This document shows, in pieces, positions 1 through 9,424 of a DNA stretch of 64,000 bases. Made by a program: the position numbers and the translations under genes. How positions within the stretch are numbered: position 1 is the first letter of the stretch; each line of letters begins with the position of its first letter. The DNA comes from Clostridia bacterium (GTDB lineage Bacteria > Bacillota > Clostridia > Oscillospirales > CAG-272), in assembly GCA_017456895.1 (NCBI GenBank), contig JAFTIN010000006.1, positions 5,511-69,510 of the forward strand. Direction: 5' to 3'. The notes beneath the pieces were generated by a model. That model was given only the letters and a program-made list of their open reading frames with translations, was not told the origin of the DNA and did not search any database.

Positions 1-934
1 CAAACACTCCAAGATCAAGCTCTGCACCACTAATAACGAAGAAGAGCACGAGAAGGGGCGCCGTCCACTTCTCCGCCCTGTTCATAAGATCCTCGGAGAA
101 GTCACAGATATTGCAGAACAGAGTGCCGAGCATCATACATGAGAGGAGCGATGAGAATGCGATATGTACCGATCCGATCGAGAGCTTAATACCGGAGATG
201 GCTACGGTAGCCATAACGAAGGCAACCGAGATCGCAATACGCTTAGAGTTAGAGTGGAAGTACCTCTCGCAGAAGGTGAAAAGACCGCCCATAGCCGCGC
301 CGAGCACTATTGAAAGAACGACCTCAAGTAAAGGATTTACCACCATAGAGATAATGTCAACGACGCCTGTTTCGATCGATTTGGCAACGCCGAAGGAGAT
401 TGCGAATACGACAAGACCTACCGCATCATCAAGTGCAACAATGGGTAGAAGAAGGTCGGTCAATTGGCCCTTTGCCTTATACTGTCTGACAACCATCAGG
501 GTAGCTGCGGGAGCAGTCGCGGTAGCAACTGCACCAAGGATAATGGCGGCGGACATCGGGAATACATCGTTACCTACGATAAGAGAAAATGATATAAGGG
601 CTACATCAACCACAATGCCGGTAAAGAGCGCCTGAAATACGCCGATTATGGTAGCTTGTCTTCCAATCTTTTTAAGCTGGGAGAGCCTGAATTCGTTACC
701 GATAGCAAAGGCTATGAAGCCAAGTGCCAGATCACAAAGTATCTTATAATGCTCAGGCGAATTGTCCGTCGGATTGAAACCGATGCCAATACGTCCCAGC
801 AAAAACGGACCGATAAGAACACCCGCAACCAGGTAAGCAGTAACAGCGGGAAGTCCGACAAGTTTTGCCAATCTCGAGAGCATAAGGCCCGCGAGCAAAG
901 CTATAGATAAAGTCAAAAGTACTGTCGTAGTCAA
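1..934 (-). CDS. cation:proton antiporter (Na+/H+ exchanger family), N-terminal part; the gene continues past the left edge
   Basis: My own minus-strand translation from TTG 934 (GAAGG 8 nt upstream) gives LTTTVLLTLSIALLAGLMLSRLAKLVGLPAVTAYLVAGVLIGP...LALGFIAFAIGNEF, a typical CPA-family N-terminus with many TM helices. It is not in the ORF track because it is open at the edge. Confidence 0.75.
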   Translation of the reverse strand, partial: MTTTVLLTLSIALLAGLMLSRLAKLVGLPAVTAYLVAGVLIGPFLLGRIGIGFNPTDNSPEHYKILCDLALGFIAFAIGNEFRLSQLKKIGRQATIIGVFQALFTGIVVDVALISFSLIVGNDVFPMSAAIILGAVATATAPAATLMVVRQYKAKGQLTDLLLPIVALDDAVGLVVFAISFGVAKSIETGVVDIISMVVNPLLEVVLSIVLGAAMGGLFTFCERYFHSNSKRIAISVAFVMATVAISGIKLSIGSVHIAFSSLLSCMMLGTLFCNICDFSEDLMNRAEKWTAPLLVLFFVISGAELDLGVF

Positions 935-1018
935 GATTGTTCGCCTTCTTTCAAAAAATAAAAAATGATATTAACGCCGATTTATGAAAACCGCAATTTA
1001 CAAATTAAGCCTTTTTCA

Positions 1019-2623
1019 TCAGACACGCAGAGCAAATACCTCCGCAGCTATTATGAAGTAAATAAGCAGTGAGGCCGCATCAACAAGAGTAGTGATAAAG
1101 GGAGATGCCATTACCGCAGGGTCAAATCCAAGCTTCTTGGCAAGGATGGGAAGGGCTGCTCCGATAAGCTTTGCAAAGATTATCGTGAGTGCCAGCGAGA
1201 CCGCAACGGCAAGAGCGACCATAATGGAAACGTCGGGGTTGCCGAGCAAGAAACGGTCAATAAGGACTACTTTAATAAAGGTTGCGGCGCCTACCGATAG
1301 ACCTGCCATAAGGCCGACTACAAGCTCCTTATACATAACCTTCAGTATATCCTTGAACTCTATCTCGCCGAGCGAAAGGCTACGGATAACAGTAACCGAT
1401 GACTGTCCTCCGGAGTTACCGCCGGTGCCCATTATCATTGGAACAAAGAGGACAAGCGCCGCAGAGAGCGCGTCTTCAAATATTGTGAGTATAGCAGAGG
1501 ATATCGTGGCAGAGAACATAAGAAGCAAGAGCCAAGGCAACCTCGCCTTAAGGAAATCAAATGGAGAGGTCTTCAGATACGTGGTCTCTGTGGGTGACAT
1601 ACCTGCCATCTTTGCGAAGTCCTCCTCCGTCTCTTCTCTGATGACATCCATAGCGTCGTCGACGGTAACAATACCAACAAGACGGCACTCACTGTCAACG
1701 ACGGGAAGAGCCAAAAAACCGTACCTGTCAAAGAGGAGCGCAACCTCCTCCTTATCATCCGAGGTGCGCGCAAAGACAACGTTCTCCTCCATGATCTCGT
1801 CGAGAGTCACATTTCTCTCGCTTAAGAGAAGATCCTTAGCGGTAACAATACCGAGAAGGTGTCTTTTCTTATCCGTGACGTAGCAGGTGTAGATGGTCTC
1901 CTTGTCTATAGCAACCTTTCTGATGTGATGGAGTGCTTCTCTAACGGTCATCTCCGGGATGAGTCTGACATACTCGGTGGTCATGATCGCACCGGCGGAG
2001 TCCTTATCGAAGAGGAGGAGGCGATTGATCATCTCCCTTTCTTCCTTACTTGAAAACTTGATAATTCTCTTGACGACCGCTGCGGGCATTTCTTCAATTA
2101 TATCGACTGTATCGTCGAGGTACATTTCCTCAAGTATTGCTTGGAGCTCATGGTCGGTGAAGCTCTCGATAAGAGCCATCTGAGTGTCGGTGTCCAGCTC
2201 AATGAAAACGTCTGCAGCCGTCTCCTTAGAAAGAAGACGCAGGAGTATGGCGTGATACTTCGACTCAACCTCGGAGAACAACTCGGCAATATCGACCGGG
2301 GGTGTCTCCTCGAGCAGAGCCTTGAGCTGCGCGTATTTCTTGGACTCGATAAGAGCTGTGATGGCCTTGGGCTCCTCTACGTTTTCGTCAGCGGATATGA
2401 GGGGCTCAGGCTCCTCATCTTCCTCCTCCGATACATCCGTTCCGATCTCCAGCTCGTCGATCTCGTCCTCAACAAGGAGGCCCTCACCGACCTCATCGAG
2501 AATCTCCTCGCCATCAGCATCTGCTACCAGCTCAACGGTATCTTCAAGCTCGTCAGTCTCTTTTTCAAGCTTATCTACCTGATTCTCTAAAAGTTCATTC
2601 TCATTTTCAAAGATTTCCTTCAT
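1019..2623 (-). CDS. mgtE: magnesium transporter MgtE
   Basis: 534 aa with an acidic N-terminal extension, a CBS-pair region and a C-terminal TM domain containing MGTGGNSGGQSS. RBS aaaaGGAGcgg lies before ATG 2623. Confidence 0.9.
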   Translation of the reverse strand: MKEIFENENELLENQVDKLEKETDELEDTVELVADADGEEILDEVGEGLLVEDEIDELEIGTDVSEEEDEEPEPLISADENVEEPKAITALIESKKYAQLKALLEETPPVDIAELFSEVESKYHAILLRLLSKETAADVFIELDTDTQMALIESFTDHELQAILEEMYLDDTVDIIEEMPAAVVKRIIKFSSKEEREMINRLLLFDKDSAGAIMTTEYVRLIPEMTVREALHHIRKVAIDKETIYTCYVTDKKRHLLGIVTAKDLLLSERNVTLDEIMEENVVFARTSDDKEEVALLFDRYGFLALPVVDSECRLVGIVTVDDAMDVIREETEEDFAKMAGMSPTETTYLKTSPFDFLKARLPWLLLLMFSATISSAILTIFEDALSAALVLFVPMIMGTGGNSGGQSSVTVIRSLSLGEIEFKDILKVMYKELVVGLMAGLSVGAATFIKVVLIDRFLLGNPDVSIMVALAVAVSLALTIIFAKLIGAALPILAKKLGFDPAVMASPFITTLVDAASLLIYFIIAAEVFALRV

Positions 2624-2824
2624 TTTTCCGCCTTTCCGCTCCTTTTAAGAAGCATTTTTAGTTAGCGGAGATCGCGATAAGAATATAGCAAGCCATCGCG
2701 ACTCCCTCGTAATTATTTACCTGATAACTTCGCGAGTCATCCACGATCGCTCACTTCCTTTCTTTCTTGAAAATCTTGTGGGTAGCTTTGACCAAGTCTT
2801 GTACATCCACGTTGTTTTAAAAAT

Positions 2825-2859
2825 AATAGCTTGGCCCCTTTTTCTTTAGCCAAGCTATT
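2825..2859 (-). terminator. rho-independent terminator after the DUF523 gene
   Basis: 11-bp stem aatagcttggc/gccaagctatt, followed on the minus strand by atttttaaaa. Confidence 0.75.
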
Positions 2860-2901
2860 ATACTCCCTTTTTCCGAAAATTACAACCCTTTTTGGAAAAA
2901 T

Positions 2902-3330
2902 TTATAAAATATTTATTTCGCTTTCTCCGATAACGCGAATCCCCTCTTTGGTAAGCAGCTCGGCAGTCACTCCGTCACGGGCAGTAAGCACACCGGAGAA
3001 GCTACCGTCATATATTTCACCCTTGCCGCAGGAGGGGCTTCGCTCCTTGAGAATAGCTATCTTTATATTGTGAAGTCTACAAAGACGAAGGGCCTCTTGG
3101 GCACCACATCGATAGTTATCCGTAACGTCACGTCCGTCCCTCATCATCACCTTATCACCGATCCTCTCCGAGGGTACTCTCGGGGTTGGAAGGCCGCCCG
3201 CTACCTCAGGACATACGGGTATGAGATTGTAGCTTTCCGAAAGAGCAAGAACATCGGGATTGGCCTTACTCTTGCCGTCGTAACGGCAGGGTGTTCCGAG
3301 CAAGCACGCGCTGACGAGTATAGATTCCAT
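2902..3330 (-). CDS. DUF523 / TudS-like (2-thiouracil desulfurase family) protein
   Basis: 142 aa with the Cys pattern SACLLGTPCRYDG...CPE...ERSPSCG. AGGAG RBS. Starts 16 nt after the murC stop. Confidence 0.8.
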   Translation of the reverse strand: MESILVSACLLGTPCRYDGKSKANPDVLALSESYNLIPVCPEVAGGLPTPRVPSERIGDKVMMRDGRDVTDNYRCGAQEALRLCRLHNIKIAILKERSPSCGKGEIYDGSFSGVLTARDGVTAELLTKEGIRVIGESEINIL

Positions 3331-3345
3331 TTTATTCTCCTTTTA

Positions 3346-4734
3346 CTATTGTATCTTTCTAAAGTCCTCAACCACACGGGACATATCTCCGGCACCGAGC
3401 AAGGCAATTGCCCCGCAGGGGTACGTTAGAGCTGTCCTGCAAGCATCCATATCCTTTGAATAGTGGGCATTTTTAATCATTTTTGCAAGATTTTCCGAGG
3501 TCACCCCCTCGATAGGACTTTCGCGAGCAGGATATATATCTAATATAATTGTAAAGTCTGATTTACTTAATTCGACAATAAATTCCTTCCATAGGCTCAT
3601 CGTCCTCGTGTAAGTGTGTGGTTTAAATATAACACTTACCGTGCCATATCGTTCCTTCAAAGCACTGATGAAAGCACCAATTTCAGTTGGATGATGGGCA
3701 TAATCATAAAATACCGGAACGCCGTCTATAAGAGCTATACGAGTGGCTCTGCGATCGATTCCCATAAATGAGCATACCGCCGCTACAATCATATCACAGG
3801 GTACCAAAAGCAGGTCACATAAGACCACTGCTGCAGTGATGTTATATAGGTTATACTCGCCAATAAGCGAGGTGGAGAGGTCAAAGACATGGCGCCCCGA
3901 CTCAATTCTGAAATAGGTTGTTCCACACGACGAAGAGACGCATGACAGGCGGTAATCTGCATCATCCGCCTTTCCGTATGTGATCACCTTTCCCGTGTAA
4001 GTCGCAGACGAGCCTTCGAGCTCATCAGCTATGCTGCGAGCAACCTTATCGTCAGCGTTTATTATCGCCACTCGAGAGCGCTGTGCCGCAGCAAGAAAGG
4101 AGAGCCTAATGTGTTCGATCGAGGTAAAATAGTCGGTGTGGTCAAGCTCCACAGAAGTTATGATCTGATGTGTCGGGCACAAAGATAAAAAGGAGTCCTT
4201 ATACTCACATGCCTCGGCAACAATTATGTCAGTATTGCCTATGGCATACGAGTTACCCGAAGTAAGCGTCGCACCCGAAACCGCAGTCGGTGATGATCCG
4301 CATTCACGTAAGATATGCTCTATAAGAGCAGTCGTTGTGCTCTTTCCGTGCGAGCCACTTACAGATATACGGCGATTAAAGCCCGACATTACCGCCCCAA
4401 GGAGTTCTGCCCTGGAAACAAGAGGTACTCCGTGAGCTATAGCAGAAGTTATTTCCGCATCCTCTGAGTCCATCGCAAGCGAGTAGACTGCAAGCTTGAC
4501 CTCCTGCCATCTCATGGCGTAGCACGGCGCAAGCGTTACACCTTCTATTTGTTTCACTGTTCCCTGCTCAAGGAGTCTGTCCCAACCGGAAACACTCTGG
4601 CCAAGGCGAACAAGAAGCTCAGCCAATGGGCGCATTCCGGAGCCTAAAATTCCGATGAAGCGTACCGAACCGTGAACGTCCTTTAAAATCGAGGACACAG
4701 CCTCGATACCAAGCTTAGAATTAAAAATCGACAA
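3346..4734 (-). CDS. murC: UDP-N-acetylmuramate--L-alanine ligase
   Basis: 462 aa, TTG start after GGAGG. Has GILGSGMRPLAELL and the Mur-ligase P-loop GSHGKSTTT. Confidence 0.9.
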   Translation of the reverse strand: MSIFNSKLGIEAVSSILKDVHGSVRFIGILGSGMRPLAELLVRLGQSVSGWDRLLEQGTVKQIEGVTLAPCYAMRWQEVKLAVYSLAMDSEDAEITSAIAHGVPLVSRAELLGAVMSGFNRRISVSGSHGKSTTTALIEHILRECGSSPTAVSGATLTSGNSYAIGNTDIIVAEACEYKDSFLSLCPTHQIITSVELDHTDYFTSIEHIRLSFLAAAQRSRVAIINADDKVARSIADELEGSSATYTGKVITYGKADDADYRLSCVSSSCGTTYFRIESGRHVFDLSTSLIGEYNLYNITAAVVLCDLLLVPCDMIVAAVCSFMGIDRRATRIALIDGVPVFYDYAHHPTEIGAFISALKERYGTVSVIFKPHTYTRTMSLWKEFIVELSKSDFTIILDIYPARESPIEGVTSENLAKMIKNAHYSKDMDACRTALTYPCGAIALLGAGDMSRVVEDFRKIQ

Positions 4735-4972
4735 TAGCCTCCGTTTTTCTTTGCGTGTTCAAAGTTTATTAACCAAATATTTACAACTATACTCCTTTTT
4801 GTTCAAAAAGCCTCTGTATTTTTTTAACAAACTTGTTGTATACTATATGCAGGAATAAAAACGAATGTTAATAGTCATTGCCTCCCAGCATAAAAGACGT
4901 TATAGATTTTTTCTCTATCAGAAACCGGCCGGACCTTGTATAGACTATGCATTTAGACGAAAGGAAAAACAA

Positions 4973-5275
4973 ATGCAAATCACAGACATCAAAATCAGAA
5001 AATTCTTTGACGAAGGTCCTATGAAGGCTGTAGCTTCCGTTACCTTCGACGACTGCCTCGCAGTACACGACATCAAGGTTATCTACGCAAGAGAGCGCTA
5101 CTTCATCGTTATGCCCTCAAGAAAGAATCCCGACGGAACATACCGTGATATTGTTCATCCAATCAACTCCGAGTTCAGAGCAGCTCTTGAAGAGGCGGTT
5201 ATTGACGCATATCACGTGCAGCTTGTTGCTGCTGAGCACGACGAGAAGGAAGCGGACGAGCCGTACGTTCTCTGA
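4973..5275 (+). CDS. spoVG: septation protein SpoVG
   Basis: MQITDIKIRKF...MKAVASVTFDDCLAVHDIKVI...IVMPSRK matches SpoVG. I trimmed the track ORF (4865) to ATG 4973, which is preceded by aaGGAAAaa. Confidence 0.9.
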   Translation: MQITDIKIRKFFDEGPMKAVASVTFDDCLAVHDIKVIYARERYFIVMPSRKNPDGTYRDIVHPINSEFRAALEEAVIDAYHVQLVAAEHDEKEADEPYVL

Positions 5276-5467
5276 GTTAAGCATAGCAAATTAGGCGAGA
5301 AATTTAACACGCATACCGACTAAATATATTATACATTGATCGCTCTCGATTGTCAATATCGGGAGCGATTGTTTTATCTTTAGAACTATTGTGACAATAT
5401 TGCGACAAAAAATGCGGCTCGCTATGAGCCGCATTTTCTTTATGTAGTTTCTAATTCAAGACTTGAA

Positions 5468-7141
5468 TTACTCGGAAACCTTCTCAGCGGGAGCTTCTTC
5501 TACAGGAGCTTCCTCTGCAGGAGCCTCTTCTACAGGAGCCTCCTCAACGGGAGTTTCCTCTACAGGAGCCTCTTCAACAGGGGTCTCCTCAGCGGGAGCT
5601 TCCTCTGCAGGAGCCTCTTCTACGGGAGTCTCCTCAACAGGAGTCTCCTCGACGGGAGCTTCTTCTACTACGGGAGCTTCCTCTACTACGGGAGCTTCCT
5701 CTACTACGGGAGCTTCCTCTACAGGGGTCTCCTCAGCCTTCTTAGACTTTCTGGAACGAGCGGGCTTAACCTCTGCATTAGCTTCCTTGTAATCCTTGAT
5801 TGCCTGTCTCTGGTTAGCAAGAGCTGCCTTCTGGAGCTCGGTGAACTCAGCCTGCTTCTCAAGGAGAACCTTACCTGCCTCCTGAGCCTTAGCGTTGCCC
5901 TGAGCAATTCTGTTCTGAGTATGAAGGATTTCCTTCTGTGCCTGCATAACTGCCTTCATAGCGTCGTTGAGACCGCTCTGAGTAGCAATTACTGCGCTCT
6001 GAGTCTCGATCATGCCGTTCTGAGCATCTGCGAGTGCCTGCTGCTGCTCAACAACGAGCTTCTGGCTCTCAACAACTGCTGCCTGCTGAGCATTAACCTC
6101 AGCCTGATCCTGGTTAACCACTCTAAGGCTGACCCGAATACCCTGCTGGTCACGCATGATACGACGGAGAGTATCATTGGTCTGCTTCTGCATTGCGTTG
6201 AGGTTCTTCTGTCTGTCGGAGGTAAGATTCTGAGACTCGGTGAGAGTATCAAGTGCCTCGAGCATAGAAGCGATCTCTTCGCCCATAGCCTTAAGCTTAT
6301 TATAGATCTCCTGCTCCTTAGCAAGAAGCTCGCCCTGAAGCTGAACGTTAGCCTCAGCAGCCTCGGAGTTAACAACAACGGTAGTAGCGGGTGCGGGAGC
6401 AGCAACCTCCTTAACAACCTCAACCTCTCTTACAACGGTAGCGGGAGCTGCGCCTGCGGGAGGCTCGGGAAGAACAAGCTCGTCGAAGTAGTCGCGGAGC
6501 TTCTTATCCATGTAAAGGGTGAACTTAGCCATAGTGTTATCAACAGCGTTCTGAACGATGGAGGAAACGTCGAGGATAACAGGGTTGATGCTAACGGGGG
6601 ATACGGTGATAGGTGTCGGAGCGGGTGCGGGTGCGGGTGCAGGTGCGGGAGCGGGCTCTTCCTCAACAACGGGCTCTTCCTCAACTTCCTCTTCCTGCTC
6701 TTCCTCTACGATATCGACAACGCGCTCGCTGAGGATAGCAAGCTTCTTCTCAAGCCACTCTCTGTATCTCTCAAACTCAAGAGCAACCTTCTCACTCTTG
6801 CGGTGGGATCCGCGCATATCAAGAAGATCACAGATCTCGCCGTAATCCTGCTCAATGGAAGTGAAGTAAGAGTTGATGAGCTTGTAGACTTCCTTGTAGT
6901 CTTCATGTGCTCTGTAGAACTTGTCAAGAGAGAGGTCAAGCTTTCTCTCCTGCTTAGCCTTAGGCTTCTTGTCATAAGCAGCCTTAGCTTTCTTGTACTC
7001 GTCAGTAGCCTTAACATAAGCCTTAGCTGCCTTACGGAACGAGCGGAACTCAGCCTTAATACCGTTCTTGGAACCGGTAATGTGGGTACGAAGCTCCTTT
7101 ACCTGTCTTGCGATTTCACTCTTAGAAAGTGTAGGACTCAT
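5468..7141 (-). CDS. hypothetical coiled-coil protein with (AP)n and (EEAPV)n low-complexity repeats
   Basis: 557 aa counted from ATG 7141 (GAGGAG RBS). K/E/Q-rich heptad-like regions, no signal peptide, and a consensus promoter upstream. Confidence 0.75.
   Translation of the reverse strand: MSPTLSKSEIARQVKELRTHITGSKNGIKAEFRSFRKAAKAYVKATDEYKKAKAAYDKKPKAKQERKLDLSLDKFYRAHEDYKEVYKLINSYFTSIEQDYGEICDLLDMRGSHRKSEKVALEFERYREWLEKKLAILSERVVDIVEEEQEEEVEEEPVVEEEPAPAPAPAPAPAPTPITVSPVSINPVILDVSSIVQNAVDNTMAKFTLYMDKKLRDYFDELVLPEPPAGAAPATVVREVEVVKEVAAPAPATTVVVNSEAAEANVQLQGELLAKEQEIYNKLKAMGEEIASMLEALDTLTESQNLTSDRQKNLNAMQKQTNDTLRRIMRDQQGIRVSLRVVNQDQAEVNAQQAAVVESQKLVVEQQQALADAQNGMIETQSAVIATQSGLNDAMKAVMQAQKEILHTQNRIAQGNAKAQEAGKVLLEKQAEFTELQKAALANQRQAIKDYKEANAEVKPARSRKSKKAEETPVEEAPVVEEAPVVEEAPVVEEAPVEETPVEETPVEEAPAEEAPAEETPVEEAPVEETPVEEAPVEEAPAEEAPVEEAPAEKVSE
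5480..5740. repeat. in-frame 15-nt tandem repeat (~17 units) encoding EEAPV/EETPV/EEAPA
   Basis: Directly visible periodic gga-gcY-tcc-tcW-acR units. It produces the antisense (GASST)n shadow ORF 5463..5792. Confidence 0.9.
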
Positions 7142-7217
7142 AATTTTTCTCCTCACATTGTAAATTTAAGCTGATAAAGCCGCAAAAAATTACGCCCTTA
7201 TCTTTTTATACGCCTAT

Positions 7218-7246
7218 ATTATACTAAATAAAAACGCGTATGTCAA
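7218..7246 (-). promoter_or_regulatory. sigma-A type promoter for the coiled-coil gene
   Basis: Minus strand reads TTGACA-17 nt-TATAAT (perfect consensus), ~75 nt upstream of ATG 7141. Confidence 0.65.
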
Positions 7247-7953
7247 TACTAATTGCAAAATTTTTTAAGTTTTTTTAAATTTTTCTTAATCCGACTTTGA
7301 CAAATTGTAAACAGTAGTTTAGTTTTTTGCCGTTTTTGCATTTTTCATAAGAGAAGGAAAAAATAGCCAACTTGTCCGATCGGTGTTTTTATGCCCCCGG
7401 GTAACGTCCTTCTCCGCTAATCAAAACGGTAAATAAGGTTGCAAAAAACCGACGTTCCAAGAACGAATTATTAAGAATATTTCATTTTACCGTGTACAGC
7501 GCAAAGTTTTCTCGCTCGCAGGGGGGCGGAAGTAAAAACGTTGCTGTCAGAGATGGCAAAAGATCGGTCGCGGCGTCATCTCCGGCTCTGTGCCTTCGTA
7601 AAAAATGTGAACAAAATATTCACTCATCGAGAGATATACTGATACAAATTCTCCGTCAATGTGCGCTTTAATGATCATAAAATGCTATGTGCCAAAAATG
7701 TAAACCAAGGCATTTTTGAAAGCAAAACATCCATTAATGATTATTTTGTAAATAGTTGTTATAGTTTTGTGGCAATTATCACCCGCTTGGCGGTTTTTAC
7801 AAAACGCATTCTTAAAAGTTGGGCTTCTAACGTTTGGTCACCCTGGTTGCCGGACCTATACAAATTCTGCAAAAGCTATTCTCTCTAAGTCACCATATAC
7901 GCGCGCGGCAAGACCGAGCCATGTTAAATCTCACGCCCTTACTAAGCCTTGCA

Positions 7954-7984
7954 AATAAAAAAGGGGTGAGACTAAGCTCACCCC
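7954..7984 (-). terminator. rho-independent terminator of the msmX-like gene
   Basis: ggggtgag/ctcacccc stem with a 6-nt loop. The minus strand continues tttttatttg. Confidence 0.85.
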
Positions 7985-8021
7985 AATAATTATTATTCTC
8001 AATATATCAAGAAGCTTTAGA

Positions 8022-9155
8022 TTAGTGACAAATGCACTTCTCGGAATCCTTATCAAAGATATGGATTCTCGACGCGTCGATAGCAACCTTGATCTTGTCA
8101 CCGGAACGAGCAGTGGAACGAGAGGAAACTCTGGCAATAATGTTCTTGCCGTTGGTAGCATCCTCCATACCCTCGAAGCCGAGATAGAGATAGATCTCAG
8201 CACCCATAAGCTCGGTAACGTCAACGTCGACGTCAAGTGTAGTATCAGCCATGGTGTTAAGGTACATAGGTTCGTCGTGAATAGCCTCAGGACGGATACC
8301 GAAGATAACCTCCTGACCGATGTACTCCTTAAGATCAGGGTTGTTAGCCTTCTCTGCAGGAAGAACGATCTCGGTGTTACCAATGGTAGCGTAGAGGTCA
8401 TTGCCCTTCTTAACGAGCTTACCGGTGATGAAGTTCATCTGAGGAGTGCCTATGAAGCCCGCAACGAAGAGGTTGCAGGGAGAGTCATAAAGGTTCTGAG
8501 GAGTGTCAACCTGCTGGATAACACCGTCTCTCATAACAACGATACGGGAAGCCATGGTCATAGCCTCTACCTGGTCGTGCGTTACGTAGATGAAGGTGGT
8601 CTCAACCTTCTTATGAAGCTTGGTAAGCTCGGTTCTCATGCTGGCACGGAGCTTTGCGTCGAGGTTGGAAAGCGGCTCGTCGAGAAGGAATACCTTGGGG
8701 TTACGAACGATCGCACGACCGAGCGCAACTCTCTGCTTCTGACCACCGGAAAGAGCCTTAGGACGTCTCTCAAGAAGGTGCTGAATATCAAGAATTCTTG
8801 CAGCCTCCTCAACACGTCTCTTGATCTCCTCCTTGGGAACCTTACGGAGCTTAAGACCAAACGCCATGTTATCAAAAACAGTCATGTGAGGATAAAGAGC
8901 GTAGTTCTGGAACACCATCGCTATATCTCTGTCCTTAGGTGCAACGTCATTTACGTATCTGTCACCTATGTAGAGCTCGCCCTCGGTGATCTCCTCAAGA
9001 CCCGCGATCATACGAAGAGTGGTGGACTTACCGCAACCGGAGGGACCAACGAAGATAAGGAATTCCTTATCCTTGATCTCAAGGTTGAAGTCGGAAACGG
9101 CAACAACGCCGCCGGGATACTTCTTGTAAATATGTCTGAGTGAAAGACCTGCCAT
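8022..9155 (-). CDS. msmX: sugar ABC-importer ATP-binding protein (MsmX/MalK/UgpC family), stand-alone
   Basis: 377 aa. Walker A GPSGCGKST, signature LSGGQKQR, Walker B FLLDEP and a C-terminal MalK-type regulatory domain. AAGGAG RBS. Confidence 0.9.
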   Translation of the reverse strand: MAGLSLRHIYKKYPGGVVAVSDFNLEIKDKEFLIFVGPSGCGKSTTLRMIAGLEEITEGELYIGDRYVNDVAPKDRDIAMVFQNYALYPHMTVFDNMAFGLKLRKVPKEEIKRRVEEAARILDIQHLLERRPKALSGGQKQRVALGRAIVRNPKVFLLDEPLSNLDAKLRASMRTELTKLHKKVETTFIYVTHDQVEAMTMASRIVVMRDGVIQQVDTPQNLYDSPCNLFVAGFIGTPQMNFITGKLVKKGNDLYATIGNTEIVLPAEKANNPDLKEYIGQEVIFGIRPEAIHDEPMYLNTMADTTLDVDVDVTELMGAEIYLYLGFEGMEDATNGKNIIARVSSRSTARSGDKIKVAIDASRIHIFDKDSEKCICH

Positions 9156-9424
9156 TTTTAATATCTCCTTAAAAATTTTTTAACACATACATTTTAACAG
9201 ATCGATTGTCAAATTCCAATAGACATCTTAACGGTTTTTCGCAGTCTTTTTTGTGTGTTTTTTTGCATATACAGTCACTTTAGGTCACTTATTTTGCTTA
9301 GAAATCCTAACAATTCTAATTTATTAGAAAAAATGGCCTATATATAATATATAAGGAAGAAAAAAGACGCGAGAGGTTGTTTTTCAGCGGCTTTTAGCGC
9401 TTTTTCTCGCATCTTTTATGTTTT

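Noticed and set aside
2624-2824. Looked for an M-box (Mg2+) riboswitch in the mgtE leader
   Set aside because: I could not find the conserved M-box blocks (for example GUUAGGUGAGGC or GGUGCUAAA-type segments), and the leader downstream of the 2825-2859 terminator is short. A stable hairpin is present (GGAG-ATCGCGAT...ATCGCGA-CTCC, 2667..2705), but I cannot tie it to a known class. Needs cmscan.
5463-5792. (GASST)n repeat ORF on the plus strand, and 13435..13908 (PPGTLS)n on the minus strand
   Set aside because: Both are reverse-frame readings of in-frame tandem repeats belonging to better-supported genes on the other strand.
7661-7958. Two short ORFs (75 and 63 aa) in the 700-bp gap
   Set aside because: No Shine-Dalgarno sequence, atypical composition, no recognisable motif, and the two overlap each other in different frames.
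8025-9143. 372-aa plus-strand ORF covering the whole msmX-like gene
   Set aside because: It is an antisense shadow of a confidently identified ABC ATPase, with a low-complexity L/V/N/S-rich translation, no RBS and no motifs. The same reasoning applies to 111..635, 1092..1883, 5921..7174, 11909..13354, 24147..25541, 26485..27570, 34415..36394, 36692..37984, 50583..51296 and similar track ORFs opposite strong genes.
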